A DNA stretch of 64,000 nucleotides from Octopus sinensis. Lineage: Eukaryota. Location: contig NC_043008.1 of NCBI RefSeq assembly GCF_006345805.1, positions 7,750,001-7,814,000 of the forward strand, given 5' to 3'. The notes below the pieces were generated by a model. It saw only the letters and a program-made list of their open reading frames with translations. It did no database searches and was not told where the DNA came from. The translations under genes and the position numbers were made by a program. Positions 40,133 to 54,429 of this stretch are shown here, piece by piece; position 1 is the stretch's first letter, and every line of letters begins with the position of its first letter.

Positions 40133-41440
40133 TATATATATATAGAAATATATAACTGTGTACATATATACATATATATACAAATATATATATATATATA
40201 TATATTATGTATATATAATATATATATACAAATATGTTAATATATATATATATGTATATATGTATATATTATATATATACAAATATGTTAATATATATAT
40301 ATGTGTGGTGTGTGTGTATATATATATATATATATTATGCAGTACCCTTTTGGTTCTAGAAAGTGACTTTTAGACTAATTACAACTTGTATCAGGAGGCC
40401 GTGTTTAAATATTCTTACATATTTTGGGTGAAAAACTGTTATATAATTTAAAAAAGTAAAAATAATTTTTATGTAGTTTGAAAAAGATTGTGAACATCAA
40501 ACAAAAATATAATAAAGACAATATTTTGAAGAAAACTTAATATTTAGAGAAGGAAATAATATTGCAATGAAATAGCAGAAACCGCCCATTTAAAAAAGAT
40601 TCTTACAAATTGAAAAAAAAACGTATGGGAATAAAGAAAAACGATCGTATTATTTTTTTATTGTATAAGCTATCCCACAGACCGAATAATAAAGAAAGAA
40701 ATGATACGATAGGTGCTAAAAATAGAGAGTGTCTAATGCTTCTTAATTAGGTGCTTTGATCACGACAAAAGACATCATTAACGGTAGTAGTTTTAAAATG
40801 ATACATAAAGGCATTTTACTTTTCCAAGTCCTCGTAGGAGATGCGGAGACTTTCTCATACAATATATACTGACTGCTTGCTGTGACAGCGTAGAAGACAA
40901 GAAAAATACGAACATTAAGAAGACAATTTTTTCCTTTGCTCTTTAGATTTATCAAGATTTCATATCTCTCAGTTCTTATTTTAGCATTTTTTGAATATCT
41001 TTTTATATTTTCCCTTAATTTTTTTCTTAGCTTTTCCACCAGTTTCCTTTGCTCTTTTACTTTGGCTTGCAATAAATATGTTTACTCTTTGGTTATCTGT
41101 TAAATATTATTACGTGTTTTATGATATTGCGTATATTTAGGATGGTAAGTGAAGGTTTCATTCAGTTCGTACTTACATGAAAGCTCTATCTAAGAATTTC
41201 GAACAAATGTACATTTTCATTGTGTCTCCATTTCATAGTGACCAATTAACTACAGATTGTTCACTCCACGCCATGTCCATGTAAATTTGTTTACAACTAC
41301 ATATAACTAAATGCATTTCCATAGGTGAACCACTCCTGAGAGGGTTAAATTAGCTGATAATAAAAAAAAGAATGGAGATCCTTCCAGAGCAATATAAACC
41401 TCATAGGACGAGTTCCAAGTTTTCTTTTTTTTGCAGCGTA

Positions 41441-41752
<312 letters not shown>

Positions 41753-41836
41753 TTTATATTTATAGTATTTTTAAATTTAAATACTATTATATAGTATTAA
41801 TATTTATATAATAAGAGAAGTTAGTGGGGGTATTTG

Positions 41837-41869
<33 letters not shown>

Positions 41870-42629
41870 AAGAAAGGAAGGTTTTTTCAAAGCAATAAAA
41901 TCAAATCTGACGCATTGATTTGTAATTAAAATTCATCAAGCTTACCACAGCGTGCTATTGAGCAGACACTATATTTTCTCTGTCTTTTTTTATTCTATTT
42001 ACCCCTCTTTCATTTTTTTCTTTTCTCTTTCTTTCTTTCTTTCCTTCTTCCTACCTTTCGCCCTTTCTTTAAGAAACAAAATTGACATCTTGAAATTTCG
42101 TTAGAATCAATCACCTGTGAAAAACTACTGAACATTCCTTTTCTCACTGCTTTTATTTCACTTTCTCTCTTCGCCTTCTTTGTGTTAGCTTTTCTTCTCC
42201 TCTTTTTTACTCTTTTTTTAAAACTCTTTTCCCATGTACAAACACGTATAGATAACAAGACAAAACAATACCCATCCTCTTACAGACTTGTATAACAGGC
42301 AAAGAAATGTTCTATAAAGCGTTTATCTAAGGAGTCTCGATGAATGAGATAAAAGCGCTACTAATGTATTATTCAAAATTCTACATCCTTTCTCAATATG
42401 TAAAATAAGGTACTCCACTTTAAACAGTCTGTACAGACACGCACGCTGACACAGACACACACACACCATTTTTACAATCAGAAGTCAGTTTACCTGGCGA
42501 AACCAATCCAGTTGTTAATAAGAAGGGTTCAAATTAAAGCACGCAAAATTCCACAACATCACTCATTCATAGTCAGGTTATGAACATTTCATCCCACCCA
42601 CGTAGCTAAATAGATAGATAGATAGATAG

Positions 42630-42692
<63 letters not shown>

Positions 42693-45049
42693 TATTCGAG
42701 ACAAAACCACTATTTTGCAAATATATATATATATATATATATATATAGATAAATTGATAGATATATAGAGAGATAGATAGATAGATATATAGATAAATAG
42801 AGAGAGAGACAGAAAACTTGCTTTGATATTATCATAGTATTTCCCCACTGTATTGGTTGGGGAGTGTGTCAGCTATTTTAAGATTGTCATAATCTATCTA
42901 TCCCCAGGTCTAACCAGTTTCGAGTTCGAGACAAAATGAGAGAAATGAGGTATGACGGGAATAGTGGAAAGATCAAACTCAATACAGATCTGGTTCTTTG
43001 TCCAGCACAGTGTAATTAAATGTAGTATTGGCGTCGACCAGATTTGAACGCCGAGTCCTGATTGACTAAACAAATGTTGCAATGCTTTCTATCCGAAGTT
43101 ATATCGCCTTTGATACTACCTCGTCTTTTTATTGCGTACAATAATACTCATCGGAAGATGTCTAATAATAGAAAAACTCATTCTTAGATATAAAGACAAC
43201 ATCTATCTCTACTTGAGTTATCTTTATTTTACCAGAAAAAAATATCTATAGTGCAATCGTAGAAGTTATCTCCAAAGTGTGTTGATTCTTGACAATACAG
43301 AACTTCAAGGAGATCTTTCCAAAAATTGTTCATAATCTAAGTTATTCCAAATATTTTCTTTCTATATTATTTCCACGAGACCTTACAAAAGTGCATTTAG
43401 TTTACTAATTACTCCACTGAGGTATATTTATCAGCCATGATGCTATTGCTTAGAAAACATTGATATTATCGTAAGAGCTATAGGAAATTATAAACATATT
43501 TAAAGAAAATATTTGAATTGAACCGAACAATGTGCATGGGCCTCTAAATGTCTTCGGAACTGTCTTGCCTTATTCAAGTAGACAGAATAACTCCTTATAA
43601 ATCGTATTAGAGAATGATACGATCTACTTCCATTGATATTTCGCTGTAGTCTTCCTTTCGTCCAATTACAAAGAACAATATCAAATGGAAAATATCCTTT
43701 GAATGTATATTAGTAAATGGAATTGGTTGACTTCTAATAATTTTTTTCCGAAAGACACTTTGAACTTTATGTGCTTAGGTATAAGTGCTGTAACGTTCTG
43801 AGTAAATTAACGTATCTTCTTCCAGTTTTCCTTTCTCTGTTATTAATTGTTGCGGAAGGAACTATCTAAATGAAATATATATCATGTATAGCAAAACACA
43901 GGAAACTATATTTTTATGCATAGCGTTTAGAATTTTTTAATCGGAGAATTCATATAAAATATCATATTTAGAGTGAAGAATTTAGCTAGACAACGAAAAG
44001 ATTTAGAAAAAATAGATAATAATGTTAGAAAGCAGCGTAATACAGGAAGGATCAGTAAGGAAGTCAAATATAATTTATAACGAAATGTTGAAAGCTTGTG
44101 GACATTTACTTTGAAATATTTTATTTGTGATGTGCAAATATATACGGGATTAAGCTGTAAAAATTCTATATAAACTGTCAATGAAATCTTGCTGCTAATA
44201 TTTAACCCTATGTCTTGCTTGATTCGAGAGGCCTTTGATCAATAATGTTTCGACGAGGAACGTCTCGTATTAGTTGCATTAGTAAAATAGTTTGTTTGCT
44301 CTTTCTAGCCTATCAAACGAATCGTTAGACGCCCCATACTCGTTGTCACTTAGTCGTTGTTGATATATACGACTGAATCACATATTTTATATGAATTTAT
44401 TTATTTTTCAATAAATGGAATGCGCAGGTAAAAGTGGAAATACTTTATCGCCAAATATAATTTACTTGCTAAGGGAAAATAGCATATTTATCCTAAAATA
44501 CGTTGGTGTTCTTTCGTCATAACATTTGATTTAAATGCATAAAATTTCTCTTTTGGTAAAGTTGATAGCATGACGTCAAAAATCCTGGAACCTGAATCCC
44601 AGATCTAATCATAATTTTTATTTATTTGAAGTTGATAAATAACATTTCATTGGTTTACGGGATTATATAATTCAACATACACCACCAATAGCTTATTTCT
44701 ATAGCAACGTAGTAATATTTTATAAAGAGGAATAAAAAAATACTAAACAGTAGAGTTTTGTCTAGTTTAGTTTCAACTCCTCCTTTAACCAACATTCTTC
44801 ACTTACATATATAACAAATGCATTAAAGCCACATAAGCTATTCAATGTGGAAACCTATATCTTACATTTGTTTGAAAATAACCAAATTCTTAATAGAGTT
44901 AGACACTCAATTTCGATTCCTAGTTAACGCTGTTTCAACTCCCCTACAGTTCTCCCGCCTCAGGAAAACGTGATTATATCCCATTTCTTTATATATCTGT
45001 AGCCTCAAGATCAGACCGAAAGAAAATCAATACAAAATGCTACGCGTAA

Positions 45050-45360
45050 GAAAGGAAAGCGCATTGTTTGCTCAGACAATTGTGGTGTATTTTAACTGTT
45101 TACCTTTGACTTATATGTGCTACTCATTATTGCTTACCACAGAGTGCATTGGAATGTTTGTCTCTTAAGTACTAGAGGTAGTTGCTGAAATGACTTGTTT
45201 GAATACACGTGTTACTTTCTTCTTTCCTAAGTAAATGATGCGGTTATTGATTAACATTTTGTTTAGTCTCGCCGTATGGTGTGATTTGCTCTGGGTTGGT
45301 TTACCTTATATTAGCATGTATTTGTTTAGTTGGAATGTGGAAGACAATATTTTCAATCTG
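45050..45360 (-). pseudogene. Possible highly decayed Penelope-like GIY-YIG endonuclease remnant
   Basis: ENIVF...YGETK...SNYL*YLRDK...NCL loosely follows NxVY..YIGET..LSxYIWxLKD..CxLC; stops and frameshifts. Confidence 0.3.
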
Positions 45361-46866
45361 TGTCTGCTAAAGGCAATGCAAATAAAGAATGAAAAGATGG
45401 TGGAAACTATAATATAGTATCCGTGAAAAAAATATATAAGAAAAACTACATTACTTTCTACTTAGCGAGACAACATTACAGCAGTAATTTGCAAGTAGGT
45501 GACAATTGTTATAAACAACATTTTCAAAGATATAAATCACACATTTGAGGAATCACGGTTTGGTGAGAAATAATGTTTATCATACATTCGGTAGCACAGA
45601 AATCTGTGATAAATATAAGTATGTGGAATGTTTCAAAACAAATATACTTTCAAATAAGTGACACGGAACATGTTGCTATTAATATGCAGACAAAATCAGT
45701 TGCAACGCACTCGTTATCCGTAGCACATGATGATTACGCACGACAAACCTTATATGCAATCATACGAGAGAAATGGTAACCAAAAATCTTGATTATCAAC
45801 CGAGCTGAAGTTGTGAGAATATATTTCCAAGTGGTATATAATGCAAGATCAAACATCAAATCTATAAAAAGGTGTTTCAGTAAATAAACTTTCAGATTTA
45901 CCTAATCGCATACATTGACTTAATCAGATTCAAATACGGATTCCTCACATTGTATTGCTACCGAATATCTTTATGGAATTATACCTCACTGCACGGAAAC
46001 GGAAAGAATAGCAGCCGCAAGGTATTGTCTCGTGCCTCACACAGTTACTTTATTTACTAGAAATACCAACCACTTTTCTCGCGAATATGAGAAACTAATG
46101 TAGAGAGATGATGATCGAATTCAGAGAGTGTTTCTATAAACAAAGTGAAATATGACGAAATATTTATCTGGTAGATTGAAATTAATCCAAATGTGAATCC
46201 CATGAGCTATATATGTTTCATTCCAGATTGTGAGAGACAACTGTATGAATAAAAGTGAATTGTATTGTACATTTTTTTTCATCTTAACTTGTTTTACATA
46301 TGATAAAATAAATAAATTATTTTCACTTTCAAAATTATATATATTTTTGCCAAATAAAGTAGCAATCATAAGATGCGGGTTGCGATGAAGAAAATCGATT
46401 TCATAAACTTCAGGATTCTCCATCTAAATAAATATTTCATATACCTAACACACGTCCATCTTCATACTATATATACTTTCTGCTTTTTTCTATATTTACT
46501 TTACTGCCTTTGTGAAAACCACTCTTACATCCCGACACTCAATATTCCATTTCTTTTACTTACCCATTTTATATACGTAGAAGCGCGCGCTCTAAAAATT
46601 ACGACCAGTCCCAACTCCTTTCGATATCGATTCACTGGAATAATATTCTCTCTATTATTCTCGGCAGCCGTCTAATCAATTCCATGGGAACATTGGCGAT
46701 GAATTCGCTGCTTATATCAGGACGCAAAAGACATGGATCAATGCGTTTCTCCGATAGATGGCAATAAAATAAAACAAATAATATATATATCCGTCACCCA
46801 CGTTGTAATAAACGAGGAAGCAGATGTTCTACGTCTAATCAGCCAAAATTCAGTGAATATTTCCTC

Positions 46867-46878
46867 GCCGCCATTTTG
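46867..46878 (-). promoter_or_regulatory. Extended YY1-type motif GCCGCCATTTTG (CAAAATGGCGGC)
   Basis: Exact 12-mer in unique AT-rich sequence; function unproven. Confidence 0.3.
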
Positions 46879-46990
46879 TGCTAGGCAGATCTAAGAGTCG
46901 ATTGGGTAATACTGAATAGTAATAACATAAAAAAGATTCCCAAATCCAAAATTAAATTAATTAGGGAGCAAAGTATTATTAAAACACATA

Positions 46991-47158
46991 GGCGCACGCG
47001 TAGCTGTGTACTCAGGACTTTGCCTCCCAATGACATGGTTCCGGGTTCGATCCCACTTTTCTTTTCATCTTTGCAAGTGTCCTCTACTATAGCCTCGAGA
47101 CGACCAAGACATAGAAGTACATTTGATAGATGGAACCTGAAAGAGGCCATGTCGCTTA

Positions 47159-47191
<33 letters not shown>

Positions 47192-47466
47192 ATGGGTGTG
47201 CGTGTGTCTGTGTGTGTGCACGTGAATGCGTGTGCATGCGCGAGTGTGGATTTGTCTCTATTTTTGTCCCCTACAAAACCGCTTGGCAACTGATGTTGGT
47301 GTGCTTATGTCCCTGTAACATAACGGTCCGATAAAAGCAATCAATACCATAAATACCAAGCTTATAAAATGAAGTACTGGGGTCGATTCGTTCGACTTAA
47401 ACTTCTTCGTAGCGGTGCCCCAGAATGACCGCAGTTTAATGACTGAAACGAGTAAAAGATAAAAGA
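46991..47466 (+). mobile_element. Family-B SINE, diverged full length
   Basis: GGCGCA head, ACATGGTTCCGGGTTCGATCCC, internal (TG)n, GACTGAAACGAGTAAAAGA tail. Confidence 0.85.
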
Positions 47467-47584
47467 AAAACTTGTTGAATGGAAGAACATAACAGATGAT
47501 ATGTCATTGTGTTCCGACGTAATTATTTACATTGTTTACATTATTTACATTCGACGGATATTTGTCCTCATCTTGTTTGTTGTT

Positions 47585-47630
47585 AACACAACTTTTCGGC
47601 TGATATATCTTACAGCCTTCATCAGGTGTC
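47585..47630 (-). ncRNA. Minimal type I hammerhead-like motif (C15.2 changed to A in this copy)
   Basis: GACAC-CTGATGA-A-GGCTG..CAGCC-GAAA-AGTT-GTGTT. Confidence 0.65.
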
Positions 47631-47859
47631 TTGGGGAAATTTCGAACCTGAGTTCTTATTCCTAAGGTATTTTTCGATGTTGTTGTTATTATTATTATTA
47701 TTATGATTATTATTATGATTATGATTATTATTATTCAGGTCACTGCCTCGAATGGAACTCGACATATGGTGTAGTGGTTAAGAACACGGGCTATTAACCT
47801 CAAGATTCTGAGTTCGATTCCAGGCAATGACCTAAATAATAATATTAATAATAATAATA

Positions 47860-47944
<85 letters not shown>

Positions 47945-47986
47945 TAATAACCTTAGAAATGAAACCCATGTTCGAAATTTCCCCAA

Positions 47987-48032
47987 GACACCTGATGAAG
48001 GCTGGAGGGTATATCAGCCGAATCTTTGTGTT
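47987..48032 (+). ncRNA. Minimal type I hammerhead-like motif (stem III mutated in this copy)
   Basis: GACAC-CTGATGA-A-GGCTG-GAGGGTATAT-CAGCC-GAATCTTT-GTGTT. Confidence 0.6.
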
Positions 48033-48741
48033 AACAACAAACAAGATGAGAAAAAATATCCGTCAAAGATAAATATTGTAAATAATGTACATAATTCCTC
48101 ATCTCTTAATTATAGTTTTGCTTATAAAGCTTATATGACTGTGGAATTTTAGAAGAATTTCCCTCCTGTATTTTCCTATGGAATTTAGCTTCGAGGTATG
48201 AGATGTAACAAGTCTGTTATGTTTTATGTAGAGACCAATGCAACACTCTCGTTTAGGCTTATCATGAACTTACAACATGGTGCTATTGGAAAATGATTAC
48301 TGAAGATTTGTTAAATTCAACACGGAATCAGATTTATTATGGAAACAATATTCATATCAGAATATAATGCCAAATTCACATGCAAACACATACATCAGCC
48401 AATTCTCACGTGGCTACTGACACCAAACCTGCGTAGAAATCAAAATTTTACCGCAATAAACACATCAGCACGTGACTGCTGATGCACAATATTAATGGCG
48501 AAATAGAAGTAGTTACAGGAATTCAATCAGTACACAAGAAGAAACCCATACACCAAATATATTAAATTTGGTTCTTGAGCATACGAACATGCGGTTTTAG
48601 AGACTTTGCTTAAAGTCTAAAACGTTATTATTTAAAATGCGCTGATGAAGCCAATAGGAAAATATGAAAGCAGAAAATAAATGAGAGCATTAAACTTGGA
48701 CACTGTCGCATATTTAATAATACATCCATAGCTGCCAACAT

Positions 48742-49070
48742 ATCATCATCATCATTTAACGTCCACTTTCCATGCTAGCATGGGTTGGACGGTTCGACCG
48801 GGGATCTGGGAAGCCAGATGGCTGCACCAGACTCCAGTCTGATCTGGCAGTGTTTCTACAGCTGGATACCCTTCCTAACGCCAACCACTCCGTGAGTGTA
48901 GTGGGTGGCTTTACGTGCCGCCTGCACAGGTGCCAGGCTAGGCTGGCAACGGCCACGATCAGATTGGTGCATTTTACGTGCCACCGGCACGGAAGACAGT
49001 CGAGGCGGCACTGGCATCGGCCACCTTCAGATGGTGCTGTTTACGTGCCACCGGCTCAGGGATCACAACT
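48742..49070 (-). mobile_element. Family-C SINE-like 3' portion with (GAT)n tail and three tandem GTGCCGGTGGCACGTAAA-like units
   Basis: GGCGTTAGGAAGGGTATCCAGCTGTAGAAA...CCATGCTAGCATGGAAAGTGGACGTTAAATGATGATGAT on the minus strand. Confidence 0.75.
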
Positions 49071-49155
49071 GCAATATATACACACACACATATATATATA
49101 TATATATATGTGTGGTGTGTGTATATACACACATGCACTTATATATATATACATA

Positions 49156-49226
<71 letters not shown>

Positions 49227-49900
49227 AAGGTAGCTCGAGGACGATTCGACAGTTTTTTAATGACCACTACACAGGTTTTGATACAACATAGATCCACATA
49301 TATACAAGATTTAAATTTAAATTAAATAACGGTTTACCTGTATAATAGGACCTATTAGTATCTCCTCAGGTAATATAAAAGCACTCTCTCCGTAAAGAAA
49401 TGTTTGATTTCGATGCTATCACATCTAGCTGGCTCCTTTGAATCTAGCAGACACTGAAGGTTTCAATCCCCTCGCGGTGAGTGTGTTTCTACTCGCTGAA
49501 CATGAGCGGCATTGTGTATGTTGACTGCTTATTTTGTTTCACACACACGCTCATACTTATATAATCACTCACACACCGATATACCACTTCATATCTGGGC
49601 TTTCCCATACACACTCACACTCATTCTAAAATCTATATATTGGTGTGTGAATGAGTTCTCTTAGTAGAGATCAGCTGTAAGTGTCTTATTTGCATGGTTT
49701 ATGCAGATGTCTAGAAATTAGATTGAGACATGAATGCTATTTTTTGATTTCAGAAATTTTGTATGGTCCTCTTTATTCCGATTCTAAACTATAAAGCATC
49801 ATCTAAGAATGTTTTCCAGTCTCCTATAAGGTAGATTTGGAAGTTGTGGTCACGTTTCTGCAGCATAGCCGCCTTTGCTATTTCATTTGCATCCAGTTAC

Positions 49901-50063
49901 TCTCGACTATACAACTTTCATCCTGGTCCATCCACTGTCTGGGGAGAACAAGTTTTTGTTTTTCTGGCCAGTATTGTATTTGGTGATTATCATCGTCATA
50001 CAGAGAAATCAGCAGACTAAGCCCAGGGTAACAACAGCCAAAATAATTGCCTATTGGGTCGGC
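49901..50063 (-). CDS. Candidate exon of an unidentified host gene (3' boundary uncertain)
   Basis: TTATGTTTCCAG| acceptor; open frame ADPIGNYFGCCYPGLSLLISLYDDDNHQIQYWPEKQKLVLPRQWMDQDESCIVE; weak donor GTAACT. Confidence 0.3.
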
Positions 50064-50554
50064 CTGGAAACATAAGCAATGATAATAGCGGTAAATATGA
50101 TAAAGAAATAGCAGTTACGCTTCCTTTGAAAACTAGTAGCTTCAGTAATACTAAGGCAGCATCATAAATGGGAATAACTGCCTTTTCAAGAGGAGTATAC
50201 CGTACACTACTAATGTAACTAGGATTATAAAAAGACTTCGAGGAAAAGCCCCATTAAAAATGCCACTTCCACAAAACAACAAACAAATTGAGATCCACAT
50301 TGTGGTATAAAGGCTTCAATATGCAAATCCTTACTAACATCCTGGTTTAAAGTTCTCGCCGCGGTAGACAGGCATTTGTTTTTTAGATCGAACAACTAGA
50401 ACAGAGTCTATTACCAGCACACTACAAGATTGGCTGTTTCCGGTATCAAAAACTTGGCACAAATCATGGCGGTTCATGACACTAGGAGAATAGGAGAATA
50501 TCTAAATTGCAGAAGAGAAAAAGTACCACAGTAAAGTAGTTAATAGATTAAAAA

Positions 50555-50586
50555 ATGACGATGACGATGACGACGACGACGACGAC

Positions 50587-50626
<40 letters not shown>

Positions 50627-50717
50627 GTGATGATGACGATGACGATGACGATGACGATGATGATGATGATGATGATGAGATGATGGTATTATTATTATTA
50701 TAATAATATATATAATA

Positions 50718-50755
<38 letters not shown>

Positions 50756-50785
50756 CGATAGAAGAAGAAGAAGAAAAGAAGACAA

Positions 50786-50816
<31 letters not shown>

Positions 50817-50840
50817 AAGAAGAAGAAGAAGAAGAAGGTG
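50555..50840. repeat. Compound (GAC)(GAT)(AAT)(GAA) microsatellite
   Basis: Direct trinucleotide repeats. Confidence 0.95.
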
Positions 50841-51423
50841 AAAGCTGATATCATTTCTTCTAAATAGGAACGCAGGATTTCGTTTGTAATTTCAGTTTCT
50901 CAGTTCTGCGGCCATTTTTAATTTTGAACTTGAAGAAGACAGACGATCTGTTGTAATATTGTTCCAATCTTTAAATAAACAATCTCTATTACAAATTGCA
51001 TCGTGCTTTTATTACTCTCCAATAATAACAATACAAAACGATATTAATAACACAATAGGAGGGTCCTTGGCATCTCAGGCTATTTCTTGTAGCCCGATGT
51101 TAGGATTCTTTTCTTTTTCCAACAACTCTGGTAAACATTGCATTTATAACTCTCTCTATATCTCTCCCTTCAACTAAATTTTTAACCACGTAATATTTAT
51201 TCCTGTCCTTCTACCTCACGTCGTTGACAGGTCTCTACTTTTTCTTTTGCTCTTCGTCCATCACTTTGTCTATCTACGTTATTGCGTAACGCATTTGGTC
51301 CTAGCAGTATTGATATATAATCTCAGGCGTATAAATACGTTATAAATGTACCTGTACATCTCTTTTAATTATACTTTTTGTCTGCCCATCTCTCTATGTC
51401 TCCTCTCTGTATATATATACACA

Positions 51424-51464
<41 letters not shown>

Positions 51465-52370
51465 GTGTGCGTGTATGTGTATATATATCTATACATATAT
51501 GTATATTAACATATATATGTGCGTATATATATATATATATATATACATGCGCACTCTTAACCTTTCTCTCTCCCTCCCTTTCTCAGCCTTCATTCTTTTG
51601 GCTTTCCTTTTCTTCTACCTTACTGTCTCTCCCTCCCTTTCTCACATTCTTCATTCTCTTCTCTACAACCATTCCCTTTTTTTCTCTCCCTTTCTCTCCC
51701 TTTCTCCTCCTCCTCCCTCCCGTCGTTGACCCGCGACGAGAGCTCTGCTACTGTCTTTCTATCCTGGCTGCCTTCAAGTAGAGACGGCACTTTCTGTTGC
51801 TCCTTCGCCGTTCTCAAAAATAGCGTTCGTAATATTTTATCTCGTTCGGCTTAACAGCCCTTCTTGTTTGTGTTACTGTTATTCTCCTTGTCCTGTCTTT
51901 TACTGTTTATATTTTGTACTGTCGTTACTCTCCTGTTTTTGTTACCATTTTTACCCCTCCGCAAAAAAATCTCAAATTTTATTTTATTTGGTTTTCGCGG
52001 GAAGGAAATTTCCATTAAAGTCATGTATCGCCTTGACCTTCGAAACGTGGAGTAGATGAAACAAAGGAGACTGAATGAAGGAGAATTTTCCTTGTTTTGT
52101 ATGTCCTCTACTCTATTTTTTTCGTTGTTATAGAAAAATGTCCATTTCCTTGGTTTTGTGTTTATGTTTTCGTTTCTCATTGTGTTCTACGTTTTTTTAG
52201 TGTCCTGTATCCATATATGCATGTATATATACATGTAGAGGTAGGTACGTACATATATGTATGTATATATGCATATGTTTTATTTATTATGTATATATAT
52301 ATATATTATTATATATATATATATATATAATATATATATTATATATATATATATATATAATATATATATA

Positions 52371-52757
52371 GGCGCGGAGTGGCTATGTGGTAAGTAGCTT
52401 GTTTACCAACCACATGGTTCCGGGTTCAGTCCCACTGTGTGGCATCTTGGGCAAGTGTTTTCTACTATAGCCTCGGGCCGACATAAGCCTTGCGAGTGGA
52501 TTTGGAAGACGGAAACTGGAAGAAGCCCGTCGTATATATGTATATATATGTATATATGTGTGTGCGTGTATGTTTGTGTTTGTCCTCCTAGCATTGCTTG
52601 AAAACCGATGCTGGTGTGTTTATGTCCCTGTCACTTAGCGGTTCGGCAAAAAGAGACCGATAGAATAAGTACTGGGCTTACAAAGAATAAGTCCCGGGGT
52701 CGAGTTGCTCGATTAAAGGCGGTGCTCTAGCAAGTAAAAGAGTAAAAGAGTAAAAGA

Positions 52758-52760
<3 letters not shown>
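52371..52760 (+). mobile_element. Family-B SINE, full length
   Basis: Near-identical to the 38359 copy; (GTAAAAGA)3 tail. Confidence 0.93.
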
Positions 52761-52804
<44 letters not shown>

Positions 52805-53537
52805 ATAGATATATATACATACATAAATATACATATACATACACATATAGACACTTAGACACACGCAGTCACATGTATAGAATGAGATAAAGAGAGATAG
52901 AAGCGTAGGCCTAGAAAACAATATCGTAATTGTAATTATTGCATATAATCCAAGATGGACGAAGTTGTCAGAACATCGTTACCGAAGATAGGAAAACAAA
53001 AGAAAAAAATTATAATAATCTTTTGTGTTCTTTGTTCTAATCACACTCGAGGCCAATTTGCCATTTATTCAATCGAGCTGATGAAATTGTTATAAATCAA
53101 ATACATGGGTCGATATAATCGAAAAAACAAACTTTAATGGACGATATCGCAACTCAAAATGTACGGTCACGTGATAATGTCAGAAATCGTAATTACTGCA
53201 ATGAAAGAAGATTCGCGAATCTAAATTCACACTGTTTCACATATTGTAATGAGTTCGTCTTGTTATTTAACTAATTTCGAATATCATTCAACTTCAATAT
53301 TCGCTTTCATATTCCAGAAGCTTCTAATTACTCGCACCGATATAATTATGACCCGCTGCTACATGGTTTCGTTGTGGCATTTGTTTATTTGTTTGTTTGT
53401 TTCTTCTATTGATATCGCTTTCAACCGATGTTTAATAGGATCGATTATCGAAAATACAAACTTGCAATGTTTAAACATATTCACGAAATTATTTTCATCT
53501 CTCTCTCTATCTCTTTCTCTTTCCCTCTCCCTTTCTT

Positions 53538-53569
<32 letters not shown>

Positions 53570-53767
53570 CTTCTCTTTCTCATTTCCTCTCTCAGTCTTT
53601 TTCCTTTCTTGGCATATGTATGTGTGTGTGTGTATATGAGTGTGTTCTCAAATACATCGTATGGCATGCACATCCATAATATCCTATGAATTCACAAATA
53701 TATATAACTATCAATGTGAAACCTCATAGATGTGCACATTTATATTCATGTACAAACATGGGATTTT

Positions 53768-53832
<65 letters not shown>

Positions 53833-53919
53833 TATATATATAGTATATATATATATATATGTATGTATATATATTATATATATATATATTTATTATTATA
53901 TATATGTATATATATTATA

Positions 53920-53968
<49 letters not shown>

Positions 53969-54396
53969 ATGAATGGATACATGTATGTGTATATAATGTA
54001 TATATGCATACACACACATATACTTATATCTTCATATACACATATCATGCATGCAATAGAATGCATGTATAATAGGTACATGCTTATCAAGATACTAACG
54101 TGACATATTCAAATACGCCATTGTTATTTCAGAAAACTACGATTTTGTACAATATGTAATGAACACGGTCCGGCAGATATACGCTTTGAAATGGAGACTA
54201 AAAAACTACAAATGAGTTTTATTTCACGGAAATTGTTTATTGTTAGTAAAACTCAAACATAAACTCTTAGTCATATCAGAGATTGGAAGCATTTATCACT
54301 GTCGTCTGCAAATTCACTTATCTTTCGGAACTAGTTTTAGTAGCAAAAAATGTAGGACGTTTGATTTATATTAGTATATAAGTATACTGTACTTAC

Positions 54397-54429
54397 ATTC
54401 CATATAACATTACCACCTGGAGTACGTCT
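54397..54429 (-). CDS. Candidate 33-nt micro-exon (RRTPGGNVIWN), phase 0-0
   Basis: TCTCTACATGCAG| ... AAT|GTAAGT. Confidence 0.25.

Larger units (their letters stand above)
47525..48115. mobile_element. Head-to-head inverted dimer of a tRNA-headed element with a hammerhead-bearing tail
   Basis: Right copy: A box TGGTGTAGTGG (47767-47777), B box GTTCGATTC (47812-47820), (AAT/GAT)n, ~165-bp tail. Left copy is the reverse complement, truncated at the B box (~47760). Confidence 0.88.

Noticed and set aside
41174-41356. Strong acceptor (TTTTTTATTATCAG) and donor (CAT|GTAAGT) pair on the minus strand
   Set aside because: All three frames contain stops; at most a non-coding exon.
44220-44270. Minus-strand ACGAG/CTCGT hairpin followed by GAAAC
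   Set aside because: The CUGANGA box is absent (CTAAT), so a ribozyme cannot be supported.
53070-53125. CTGATGA...GAAA
   Set aside because: No stem II or stem I complementarity.
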